64,000 bases of DNA from Thermoanaerobaculia bacterium (GTDB lineage Bacteria; Acidobacteriota; Thermoanaerobaculia; UBA5066), in contig JAXLQV010000003.1 in the NCBI GenBank assembly GCA_046331465.1, forward strand, positions 1,344,420-1,408,419, written 5' to 3'. Under the pieces are notes generated by a model. The model was not told the DNA's origin. It was given only the letters and a program-made list of their open reading frames with translations, and made no database searches. This document shows, one piece after another, positions 55,689 to 64,000 of this stretch (the stretch's first letter is position 1; each line of letters begins with the position of its first letter). The translations under genes were made by a program, and so were the position numbers.

Positions 55689-56840
55689 ATGCCGCGCCCC
55701 CCCGAGCTGTCGCCCGCCGCCACGTCGATCAAGGGTTCCGTCTACTCGTCGGTTCTCCATCGCCTCGCCAGCTACCACGGGGAGGTCTACCCCCTGAACG
55801 TCGGCGATACCTGGCTGGAGCCGGCGGACGGCTGCCGGATGGAGGACCTGACGGTCGCGGCCCACCCCGGGATGCACAGGTACGCGCCCCCGCAGGGGCT
55901 CCCGCCCCTCGTCGACGCCGTCGTCGAGCGGCTCCGCGCACGGACCGGCGTCCCGCTCGAGCGGCCGAACGTCTTCGTCGCCGGCGGGGCGACGTCGGGG
56001 CTCGCGTGCGTCGTCGGCGCGATCGTCGCGCCGGGCGACGAGGTGCTCCTCCTCGCGCCCCACTGGCCGCTCATCGAGGGGCACGTGAGGATGGCGGGGG
56101 GCGTTCCCGTCGACGTGCCGTTCTTCGGCGTGGCGGAGTCGCCGGAGTCTGCGGCCGCCGCCGTCGAGGCGGCGCTCTCGCCGCGGGCCGTCGCCCTCTA
56201 CGTCAACACCCCGAGCAACCCGACGGGGCGCGTCGTCCCGCGGGCGTGGCTCGAGGCGCTCGTCGACCTCGCGCGCCGGCGCGGCCTCTGGCTCGTCTTC
56301 GACGAGGTCTACGAGGACTACGTCTGGCGTGGCGAGCACGTCCCGGGGATCGCCCTCGCGCCCGAGCGCTCGTTCGCAGTCCATTCCTTCTCGAAGGCCT
56401 ACGGGATGGCCGGGAACCGCGTCGGCTGGGTGGCGGGCCCGGCGCCGGCGGTGGCCGAGGCGCTCAAGCTCTCGACGCACACGGTCTACGCGGCCCCGAC
56501 GGCCGCGCAGCTCGCGGCGCTCCGGATCCTCGAGGGAGCGGGAGACGCCTGGGTCGCGCGGACGCGCGAGCTCTACCGGGGCCTCGGGGAAGCCGCGGCC
56601 GACCGGCTCGGCGTCCCGCGCCCCGACGGCTCGACGTTCCTCTTCCTCGACGTCGCCGCGCGCCTCGACGGCCGGGGCCTGACCGGCTTCCTCGAGGACG
56701 CCGCGGACCGGGGCCTCCTCCTCGCGCCGGGCCCGAGCTTCGGCCCTTATCCGACCCACGTGCGGGTCTGCTACACGGCCGCTCCGCCCGACGTCGTCAC
56801 GCGCGGCGTCGAGGTCCTCGCCGCGCTCCTCGGGCGGTAG
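55689..56840 (+). CDS. Pyridoxal-phosphate-dependent aminotransferase, class I/II
   Basis: 383 aa; SFSKAYGMAGNRVGW PLP-lysine motif; fold-type I pattern throughout. Confidence 0.85.
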   Translation: MPRPPELSPAATSIKGSVYSSVLHRLASYHGEVYPLNVGDTWLEPADGCRMEDLTVAAHPGMHRYAPPQGLPPLVDAVVERLRARTGVPLERPNVFVAGGATSGLACVVGAIVAPGDEVLLLAPHWPLIEGHVRMAGGVPVDVPFFGVAESPESAAAAVEAALSPRAVALYVNTPSNPTGRVVPRAWLEALVDLARRRGLWLVFDEVYEDYVWRGEHVPGIALAPERSFAVHSFSKAYGMAGNRVGWVAGPAPAVAEALKLSTHTVYAAPTAAQLAALRILEGAGDAWVARTRELYRGLGEAAADRLGVPRPDGSTFLFLDVAARLDGRGLTGFLEDAADRGLLLAPGPSFGPYPTHVRVCYTAAPPDVVTRGVEVLAALLGR

Positions 56841-56892
56841 CCGCGCCCGCCCGGTGCTATCGTCCCCGGGCCGATCGGAGGGAGAGGGGACG

Positions 56893-58818
56893 ATGCCTTT
56901 CGGGCCGGGCCGCGACGAGAACGCGACGGCGGCGCACGGCGCGGCCGTCCTCGTCGTGGACGACAACGAGGCGAACCGCGACCTGCTGTCGCGGCGGCTC
57001 GTGTCGGCGGGCTACGCGGTCGCGGTGGCGTCGTCGGGGCCCGAGGCGCTCGCGGCGCTCTCCGAGGGGCGTTTCGACGCCGTCCTCCTCGACGTGATGA
57101 TGCCGGAGATGGACGGCCTCGAGGTCCTCCGGCGCATCCGCGCGCGCTTCGGCGTGAGCGAGCTCCCGGTCGTCATGGCGAGCGCGCTCGGCGAGAGCCG
57201 CGACCTCGTCGAGGCGCTCCGGCTCGGCGCGAACGACTACGTCACCAAGCCGCTCGACATGCCGATCGTCCTCGCGCGCCTCGGCACGCAGCTCGCGCTC
57301 CGCCGGGCGGGCCAGGACGTCGCCCGGCTCGCGGCGCAGCTCCGGGCCGCCCAGGAGCGGATCTCGACGCTCCTCTCGACGGGTGGGGAGGCGTTCCTCG
57401 ACTTCGGCCGCTGGGCCCGCTCGATGGCCGAGGGGGTCGGAGGCACGCTCGGCGCCCGCGAGCTCTCGGTCTGGCTCCTCCAGGAGGAGGCCTTCGTCTC
57501 CGTCGCCGGCGCCTCCGCCGCGCCTCCGGCGCCCGCGGCGGTCGCGCTCCTCCCCGCCGGGGGACCGCTCGCGATCTCCGGCGAGCGCGCCGTCGCGCCG
57601 GTCCGCGGCCCGAGGGGCGACCTCCTCGGCGCGCTCGTGGCCGACGGGAAGCGGGAGTGGGACGACGTCGAGCGGGGGCTCCTCCTCGGCTTCGCGCACC
57701 AGCTCGGCGGGGCCCTCGAGCTGCAGCGGATGAAGGAGCAGCTCGCGGCGGCCCGGCAGAAGTCGTCCCGCTTCCCCGGGACGACGCAGGCCCTCGAGAT
57801 CCTCTACGTCTGCCCGTCGTGCGGCCGCTGCTACGGCCCCCACGAGAAGGCGTGCGCCGTCGATGGGACGCCCCTCTCCGAGCCGCGCAGCCTCCCGCAC
57901 CGCGTCCTCGACCGGTACGAGCTGACCCGCGTCGTCGGGGAGGGGGGGATGGGGACGGTCTTCGAGGCGTACGACGAGAAGCTCGACCGGATCGTCGCGG
58001 TCAAGGTCGTCAAGCCGGAGCATTTCCAGAACGCGACGGTGAGGCGGCGGTTCGTGCGGGAGGCCCACGCGATCGCCGCGATCCGGCACCCGAACGTCGT
58101 CGACCTCTTCGACTCGGGGGACCTCGGCGACGGCTCGATGTTCCTCGTCATGGAACGGCTCGAAGGGCGCGACCTCTCCGACCTCCACCGCCTCTCCGGC
58201 TGCGGCACGCCCGCGCAGGTCGCGTCCCTCCTCCGGCAGGGGGCGGCGGCCCTCGGCGCCGCCCACCGGCAGGGGATCGTCCACCGCGACATCAAGCCCG
58301 AGAACGTCTTCCTCTGCCCGGACGGGAGCGGATTCCGCGTGAGGCTCCTCGACTTCGGCCTCGCCAAGCGGGTCGACGGCGACCGGAAGCTGACGCAGAG
58401 CGGCCTCATCGTCGGGACCCCGGCCTGGATGCCGCCGGAACAGATCTCCGGCCGCGAGGTGGACGAGAGGACGGACGTCTACTCGTTCGCGGCGGTCTGC
58501 TACCTCGCGCTCGTCGGCCGCGGGGTCACGACGGAGTCGGACCTCGACCGGGTCTTCGTCGACGTCGTGAGGAACCCGCCCCCCCTCGTCTCGACGCTCC
58601 TCCCGGGGACGCCGTCCGCGGTGGACGAGTCCTTCCGGGCCGCCCTCGCGAAGGACCCCGCCGCCCGCCCGCGCGACGTGGAGGCGTGGGCAGGCGAGCT
58701 CGCGGAGCGCCTCGAAGGCCTCCCGGCCCGCGGGGCGGGGTGGGTCTTCGCGGAGGCGGGGGCCGGGTTCCGGGGTTCGACGGCGACGACGGTCATCACC
58801 GCCCGTCCCCCCGGCTGA
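56893..58818 (+). CDS. Fusion protein: response-regulator receiver (REC) domain + GAF-like domain + Hanks-type Ser/Thr protein kinase
   Basis: ATG 56893 after GGAGGGAGAGGGGA; REC motifs (VLVVDD, DAVLLDVMMP, phospho-Asp context, K in YVTKP); kinase motifs VAVK, HRDIKPEN, DFGLA, PPEQ in C-terminal 300 aa; CxxC-x11-C element between. Confidence 0.8.
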   Translation: MPFGPGRDENATAAHGAAVLVVDDNEANRDLLSRRLVSAGYAVAVASSGPEALAALSEGRFDAVLLDVMMPEMDGLEVLRRIRARFGVSELPVVMASALGESRDLVEALRLGANDYVTKPLDMPIVLARLGTQLALRRAGQDVARLAAQLRAAQERISTLLSTGGEAFLDFGRWARSMAEGVGGTLGARELSVWLLQEEAFVSVAGASAAPPAPAAVALLPAGGPLAISGERAVAPVRGPRGDLLGALVADGKREWDDVERGLLLGFAHQLGGALELQRMKEQLAAARQKSSRFPGTTQALEILYVCPSCGRCYGPHEKACAVDGTPLSEPRSLPHRVLDRYELTRVVGEGGMGTVFEAYDEKLDRIVAVKVVKPEHFQNATVRRRFVREAHAIAAIRHPNVVDLFDSGDLGDGSMFLVMERLEGRDLSDLHRLSGCGTPAQVASLLRQGAAALGAAHRQGIVHRDIKPENVFLCPDGSGFRVRLLDFGLAKRVDGDRKLTQSGLIVGTPAWMPPEQISGREVDERTDVYSFAAVCYLALVGRGVTTESDLDRVFVDVVRNPPPLVSTLLPGTPSAVDESFRAALAKDPAARPRDVEAWAGELAERLEGLPARGAGWVFAEAGAGFRGSTATTVITARPPG

Positions 58819-58873
58819 CCCCACCCCTGCTAGCCTCGCCGGGGGGCGCGCTCTCCGGGGGGCGCTGTTCGCG

Positions 58874-58962
58874 GCCCCCCGGACCCCCCAGACCCCGTGA
58901 ATCGGCGATCGCCCTCGACGTCTGGCCGGGACACGCGAGACGCAGCCCCCCGGACCCCCCAG
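58874..58962. repeat. Two copies of an 18-bp perfect direct repeat (gccccccggaccccccag) 71 bp apart in the 5' region of the STAS gene
   Basis: Copies at 58874-58891 and 58945-58962, intergenic 58819-59013. Confidence 0.5.
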
Positions 58963-59013
58963 GCCTGGAAAGGGGCCGCACCGTACCCACAGGGCTGCTA
59001 GGATGGTTCCACC

Positions 59014-59370
59014 ATGCACGTCGAGGTCCGAAAGAAGGGCGACGTCGTCGTCGCCGACCTGAGCGGAAGGCTCGTGGGCGGGATCGGGGACGAGATCCTC
59101 CGGGAGGTCATCAACGAGCTCCTGGCCGAGGGGTGGAAGAAGATCCTCCTGAACCTCTCGGGGGTCCAGGTCGTCGACAGCGCCGGGATCGGCGAGCTCG
59201 TCGCGAGCCACAAGCTCTGCCACAAGTTCGGCGCCCAGCTCCGGCTCCTGAGGCTCCCGAAGCGGGTGAAGGAGACGCTCCACCTGGCGGCGCTCCTCCC
59301 CGTCTTCCACGTCTTCGAGGACGAGTCGGACGCCCTGCACGACCTGTCCGTCCCGCCCGCCCAGGCCTGA
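59014..59370 (+). CDS. STAS-domain anti-sigma-factor antagonist (SpoIIAA/RsbV-like)
   Basis: 118 aa; STAS pattern with conserved phosphorylatable-Ser context (VVDSAGIGELV). Confidence 0.8.
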   Translation: MHVEVRKKGDVVVADLSGRLVGGIGDEILREVINELLAEGWKKILLNLSGVQVVDSAGIGELVASHKLCHKFGAQLRLLRLPKRVKETLHLAALLPVFHVFEDESDALHDLSVPPAQA

Positions 59371-59385
59371 CAGGGCTCCCCGCCC

Positions 59386-62300
59386 CTACGGCCCCGCCGG
59401 GCGCTCCGGGACGACGGGCGGGATCCCCGCCGCCGCGAGCGCCGCGTTGAATCCCGAGACCCCTTCGCCGAGCGCGTCGCGCGCGCCCGCCTCGGCGGCC
59501 GCCAGGGTCCCCTTCAGCTCGGCCCAGTAGGCGAGGGCGCCGGCCGTCGGCGGCGCGTCGGCGCTCGCGACCGCGCCGACGAGCCCGACGACCTGGTGGT
59601 CGAGCGCCGGCGGGAAGTTCAGGACGTCCTGCTCGCTCTTCAGCTTCGGGTTGACGAGCTTCTCCTCGGCGGCGAGGAGGCGCCCGTCGAGAAGCGTCGC
59701 CGCGTCGGCGACGGTGGCGGGGGCGCCCGCCTTCTTCGCGCGGGCGGCGATCGCGGCGACCTGCGCCCTGGCGTCGCGGAGCGCGCGGACGGTCTCGTGC
59801 GTCCGCGAGAGGGCCGCGTTCAGCTCGGCGAGGAAGGCCGCCTGCCGCCCGAGCTCCTCGCGGGAGAACGCCACGTTCGGGTTCGGGGCGACCTCGACGG
59901 GGACGGTCCGCGTCTCGCCGAAGGCGGTCAGCCGGACGGCGTAGCGGCCGGGCGCGACGAGCGGCCCCTCCCTCGAGCCCCAGAGGACCGCCTTCGGGAC
60001 GAGCGCCGGCCCGAGTATCCGGAGGTCCCACGAGAAGCGGTTCAGTCCAGCCGTCACGGCAAGCGGCTTCTCGCGGGGGCCGTCCGCCTCCGCGTCGGCC
60101 TTCTCGTCCACCTTCTCGCTCGTGAAGCGGCGGAGGACCTTCTCCCCCTCGAGGACGTCGAGCGTCACGACCTCCTTCTCCTTCGGCGCCTCCTTCAGCC
60201 AGAACGAGACGAGCGCGCCGCCGGGGGCGTTCTGCCCCGCCCCCTTCGGCGGCTTGCCCGAGTCGCCGCCTCCCGGGAATCGGACGGCGACGGGAGGCGA
60301 GAAGAGGTGGACTTTCTCGCCCTCGATCCCGGCCGTCCACTGACGGAGCGGCGAGAGGTCGTCGAGGATCCAGAAGGCCCGGCCCTGCGTCGCGACGACG
60401 AGGTCGCCGTCCTTCACGGCGAGGTCGGTGACCGGAACGACCGGGAGGTTCCGCTGGAACCGGGTCCACCCCTTCCCGTCGTCGAAGGAGACGAAGAGCC
60501 CCGTCTCCGTCCCGGCGAAGAGGAGGCCGCGGCGGACCGGGTCCTCGCGGACGACGCGCGTGAAGGCATCGCGCGGGATCCCGGCGTCGATCCGCGTCCA
60601 GGTGGCGCCGAAATCGACCGTCTTCCAGAGGTGGGGCGTGAAGTCGCCGAGCTTGTAGAGCGTCGCGGCGACGTACGCGGCGCCGGCGGCGTGAGGGGAA
60701 GCCTCGATGGAGTTGACCTGGATCCCCTCGGGAAGCCCCTTCGGCGTCACGTTCGTCCACGTCGCCCCGCCGTCGCGCGTCACGTGGACGAGGCCGTCGT
60801 CGCTCCCGGCCCAGAGGAGCCCCTTCTCGAGCGGCGACTCGGCGAGGGCGAAGATCGTCCCGTAGACCTCGACGCCGGTGTTGTCCTTCGTGATCGGCCC
60901 GCCCGACGACCCCTGTTTCGCCTTCTCGTTCCGCGTCAGGTCGGGGGAGACCTCCCTCCACGTCTGCCCCTCGTCGCGCGACTCGAGGAGGACCTGCGCC
61001 GCGTGCCAGAGGACCTTCGGGTCGTGCCTCGAGACGAGGATCGGCGCGTTCCACTGGAAGCGGTACTTCAGGTCGCTCGCCGGGCGGCCGATCGCGAGCT
61101 GCGGCCAGGCCGTGACCTGCCGCTCCTCGCCCGTCCGGTGGTCGTACCGCGTGATCGAGCCGCCGTAGCAGCCGGCGTAGACGACCTCCGGGTCGCCCGG
61201 CTTCGGCGCGACCCAGCCGCTCTCGCAGCCGCCGACGTCGTGCCACTCCTCGCGGCCGATCTCCCCGCCGCGCGAGCGGCTCGCGATCGCGACCGTCGAG
61301 TTGTCCTGCTGCGCCCCGTAGACGCGATACGGGAAGCGGTCGTCGACGGCGACGCGGTAGAACTGCCCCGTCGGCTGGTTCTCGATCGACGACCAGCTCT
61401 GCGCGCCGTCGTACGTCACGTAGGCCCCGCCGTCGTCTCCCGCGACCATGTGGGTCGGGTCGTCGGGGTCGATCCAGAGGTCGTGGTGGTCGCCGTGCGG
61501 CGTCGGGATCCGCGCGAAGCTCTTCCCGCCGTCGACGGAGCGCCAGAACTGGACGTTCTGGACGCAGACGGTGTCGGCGCTCTTCGGGTCGGCGAAGACC
61601 TCCGTGTAGTACCAGGCGCGCTGGCGGAGGGAGTTCTCGTCGTTCACCTTCGTCCAGCTCCCGCCCCAGTCGTCCGACCGGAAGAGGCCCCCCTTCTCCG
61701 CCTCGACGAGCGCCCAGACGCGTCCGGGCCTCGCGCCCGACGGCGCGACGCCGACCTTCCCCCACGTCCCCTCCGGGAGCCCCTTCGTCAGCCTCGTCCA
61801 GGTGTCGCCGCCGTCGTCCGAGCGCCAGAGGCCGCTCCCGGGGCCGCCCGAGACGAGCTCCCAGGGACGCCGCACGACCTGCCACGTCCCCGCGTAGAGG
61901 ACGCGCGGGTTCGTCGGGTCGAGCGCGAGGTCGCTCGCGCCCGTCGACGCGTCGACGAAGAGGACGCGCGTCCAGCTCTTCCCGCCGTCCCTGGTCCGGT
62001 AGACGCCCCGCTCCTCGCTCGGCCCCCAGACCTTCCCCTGCGCGGCGACCCATGCGACGTCGGGGTCCTTCGGGTGGACGCGGATCGCGGAGATCTGCTG
62101 CGTCCCGGCGAGGCCGACGCTCTTCCAGCTCCGCCCCGCGTCGAGCGACCGCCAGACGCCGTCGCCGTGCGAGACGTTCCCCCGGATCGGTGCTTCGCCC
62201 ATCCCGGCCCAGACGACGTTCGGGTCCGACTCGGCCACGGCGACCGCGCCGACGGAGCCGGTCCGGAAGAACTTGTCCGTCACGGGCTCCCAGCTCGTCC

Positions 62301-62553
62301 CGCCGTCCGTCGTCTTCCAGACGCCGCCCCCGGTCCCGCCGAAGTAGTGGACGTTCCGCTGGCCCCGGACCCCGGCGACCGCGGTGACCCGCCCGCCCCG
62401 GAACGGGCCGATGTTCCGGAACCGCATCCCCTCCATGCGGCTCTCGAACGCCGGCTCCCTCGGCGCGTCCTTGGCGGGCGCGGGAGCGGCGAGCGTCGGA
62501 AGGGCGGCCGCGGCGAGGAGGAGGACGGGAGCGAGTCGTGTGGCGTGCTTCAA
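59386..62553 (-). CDS. Secreted BNR/Asp-box repeat glycosyl-hydrolase-like protein (sortilin/Vps10 or GH74-like twin beta-propeller)
   Basis: 1055 aa; signal peptide; many S-x-D-x-G-x-T-W Asp-box repeats (TTDGGTSW, SLDAGRSW, TRDGGKSW, SDDGGDTW, SVDGGKSF, TRDGGATW, FDDGKGW). Confidence 0.8.
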   Translation of the reverse strand: MKHATRLAPVLLLAAAALPTLAAPAPAKDAPREPAFESRMEGMRFRNIGPFRGGRVTAVAGVRGQRNVHYFGGTGGGVWKTTDGGTSWEPVTDKFFRTGSVGAVAVAESDPNVVWAGMGEAPIRGNVSHGDGVWRSLDAGRSWKSVGLAGTQQISAIRVHPKDPDVAWVAAQGKVWGPSEERGVYRTRDGGKSWTRVLFVDASTGASDLALDPTNPRVLYAGTWQVVRRPWELVSGGPGSGLWRSDDGGDTWTRLTKGLPEGTWGKVGVAPSGARPGRVWALVEAEKGGLFRSDDWGGSWTKVNDENSLRQRAWYYTEVFADPKSADTVCVQNVQFWRSVDGGKSFARIPTPHGDHHDLWIDPDDPTHMVAGDDGGAYVTYDGAQSWSSIENQPTGQFYRVAVDDRFPYRVYGAQQDNSTVAIASRSRGGEIGREEWHDVGGCESGWVAPKPGDPEVVYAGCYGGSITRYDHRTGEERQVTAWPQLAIGRPASDLKYRFQWNAPILVSRHDPKVLWHAAQVLLESRDEGQTWREVSPDLTRNEKAKQGSSGGPITKDNTGVEVYGTIFALAESPLEKGLLWAGSDDGLVHVTRDGGATWTNVTPKGLPEGIQVNSIEASPHAAGAAYVAATLYKLGDFTPHLWKTVDFGATWTRIDAGIPRDAFTRVVREDPVRRGLLFAGTETGLFVSFDDGKGWTRFQRNLPVVPVTDLAVKDGDLVVATQGRAFWILDDLSPLRQWTAGIEGEKVHLFSPPVAVRFPGGGDSGKPPKGAGQNAPGGALVSFWLKEAPKEKEVVTLDVLEGEKVLRRFTSEKVDEKADAEADGPREKPLAVTAGLNRFSWDLRILGPALVPKAVLWGSREGPLVAPGRYAVRLTAFGETRTVPVEVAPNPNVAFSREELGRQAAFLAELNAALSRTHETVRALRDARAQVAAIAARAKKAGAPATVADAATLLDGRLLAAEEKLVNPKLKSEQDVLNFPPALDHQVVGLVGAVASADAPPTAGALAYWAELKGTLAAAEAGARDALGEGVSGFNAALAAAGIPPVVPERPAGP

Positions 62554-62699
62554 GGGGAGCCTCCGCGGGGAACGATACCGGAGCGGGCGAGGCCGGGGCG
62601 CGCCCGATCCCCGCCGGTGGAGGCAAATCCCGCGACGGCCGTAGCGTCGTAAGGGAGGCGAGCGGGGCGGGGAACGCCGCCGCGGGAAAGCGAGACGAC

Positions 62700-62903
62700 A
62701 TGGACGGGACGCCGACGACGAAACCCCGATCGGGAGACGAGGTCGACCGCAGGATCCGCATCGAGTGGGCGGCCCGCCAGGTCCGGAAGGGCTTCATGGA
62801 CCTCCAGGAAGCCGCTCTCGCCGCGCGGGTCCCCGTCACCGCTCTCGCGTCCGTCGTCGGAGCCGACGCCCGGGGCGTCGCCGCCGGGGCGCACGCGGCC
62901 TGA
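62700..62903 (+). CDS. Possible small hypothetical protein (weak)
   Basis: 67-aa ORF with unbiased composition between two minus-strand genes; no homolog recognised. Confidence 0.2.
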   Translation: MDGTPTTKPRSGDEVDRRIRIEWAARQVRKGFMDLQEAALAARVPVTALASVVGADARGVAAGAHAA

Positions 62904-63047
62904 AGCGGTTCGGGGAGGCCCGTCGAGGGCCTCCCGGCGGCGGCAGCGTCGCCTCCCCTCGAGACGGAAACCGGAGACGTATGAGAAGGAAACGGGGGCG
63001 GCGACCGCGACGGCCGCCGCCCCCGTCGGGCTCCGAATCCGGGCGGC

Positions 63048-64000
63048 CTAGGGCTGCAGCTCGGACGTGATGACCGCGCCCCCCATCTGCGGGAGCGTCG
63101 TCGAGGTCTTCACGACCTTCCGGGTCGCCTTGTCGATCCAGAGCGTCGTCGAGCCGGGGTCTCCCTCGGCCGAGGTCAGCTCGACCTTCCACGCCTGGAA
63201 CGTCCCCGCGGCGACCTTCACCTCCTCGGCGCCGGCCACCTTCGCCTGCTTGAGCGCGGGCTTCTGCTTCTGGACGTCGAAGTTCCGGAACGTCACCTGG
63301 TAGCCGTCGGCGAGCGGGAGGCAGCCGATCGCGGCGTGGGTCGCGTTCCCGTCGGCCCAGATCGGGCCGCCGAGGTCGACGGAGACCGGCTTCGGCTCGG
63401 CCCCCATCGCCATCGTCCCGGTCGCCTTGCCCCCCGCGAAGGCGAGCTCGATCGCGGCCGGGCCCTGCTTGATGCTCCGCTTGACCGGGACGAGCGTCCC
63501 CTTCTCGACCGTCGTCGCGTCGGTGGCTTCGCCCATCGGCATCTTCGCCGTGTCGGTGACGACCCAGGTGTTCCCCTCTTCCTTGACGACGCGCGTCGAG
63601 GAAATCTGCATCGTCTGGCCTCCCGCGGAGAGCGACCCGGCGTACGACCAGGTCCCGGCGGCGAGGTCGGCGGCCGGCTTCGGCACGCCGACGGCGGCCG
63701 TGTCGACCTTCTTCGCGAGGACGACCGTCTTCGGGTCGACCGTGATCTCCTTCAGGCGCGCGACGACCTCGGGCGTCCCGCCCACCTGGTGCCGTCCCCC
63801 GAGGTACTTGCCGAGGAACGCCTCGGCCGCGTCCATCATCGCCATGTTGTTGACGGGCCGGGCGAAGCCGTGCCCCTCGTCGGGCGCGCAGATGTACTCG
63901 ACCGGGAAGCCGCGGTCGCGGAGCGCGACGACGATCTGCTCCGACTCGGCCTTCTTCACGCGCGGGTCGTTCGCCCCCTGGACGACGAGGAGCGGCGTCT
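63048..64000 (-). CDS. S9 family peptidase (prolyl oligopeptidase/DPP-type alpha/beta hydrolase) C-terminal part with extra C-terminal beta-domain; 5' end beyond window
   Basis: ORF continues past 64000 on minus strand; catalytic His context DEGHGF plus upstream PRO-oligopeptidase-like sequence; stop at 63048. Confidence 0.7.
   Translation of the reverse strand, partial: TPLLVVQGANDPRVKKAESEQIVVALRDRGFPVEYICAPDEGHGFARPVNNMAMMDAAEAFLGKYLGGRHQVGGTPEVVARLKEITVDPKTVVLAKKVDTAAVGVPKPAADLAAGTWSYAGSLSAGGQTMQISSTRVVKEEGNTWVVTDTAKMPMGEATDATTVEKGTLVPVKRSIKQGPAAIELAFAGGKATGTMAMGAEPKPVSVDLGGPIWADGNATHAAIGCLPLADGYQVTFRNFDVQKQKPALKQAKVAGAEEVKVAAGTFQAWKVELTSAEGDPGSTTLWIDKATRKVVKTSTTLPQMGGAVITSELQP

Noticed and set aside
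48497-62839. ORFs 48497..50362(+), 50229..51482(+), 51421..52476(+), 51514..53787(- 5' part), 52431..54095(+), 54585..56966(- 5' part), 56857..59340(-), 57657..59450(+), 59111..62839(-), 59596..62652(+)
   Set aside because: Same GC-bias artefacts. Annotated genes in these spans were chosen on motif content, signal peptides and overlapping stop/start junctions.

Overview
This is a 64 kb window of roughly 70% GC bacterial chromosome. The gene content (a TonB-dependent receptor with a CarbopepD_reg-type N-terminus, tricorn protease, many secreted peptidases, Ser/Thr kinases with TPR tails) looks Acidobacteriota-like, but that is an inference from content only. I call about 55 protein-coding genes on both strands. 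I found no rRNA, tRNA, CRISPR array, transposase or integrase. Many long ORFs in the six-frame track are Arg/Gly/Pro-rich off-frame artefacts of the GC bias and I ignored them; real genes were picked on recognisable family motifs, signal peptides, and overlapping stop/start junctions (ATGA or GTGA). Start codons were placed by counting residues from the ORF-track ends and are accurate to about one codon choice. The most notable feature is a locus at about 26.5-36.9 kb that looks like a peptidoglycan-fragment salvage system built from unusual domain fusions. It contains an SH3b-NlpC/P60 endopeptidase fused to a class-A beta-lactamase-like domain, a Tat-signal L-Ala-D/L-Glu epimerase, a beta-lactamase-like domain fused to an AmpD/AmiD-type MurNAc-L-Ala amidase lipoprotein, a GGDEF cyclase translationally coupled to that amidase, a DUF1624/HGSNAT-like membrane acyltransferase, and a nagA-murQ-BadF-type sugar kinase operon. 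Other points worth a second look are a YdjG/YdjI-like zinc-ribbon plus SPFH pair, a receiver-GAF-Ser/Thr-kinase fusion, a Ser/Thr kinase coupled to a SAM methyltransferase, a run of eight small stress/detox-family genes, an L-S-M ordered molybdenum hydroxylase operon, and an 18-bp perfect direct repeat upstream of a STAS-domain gene.
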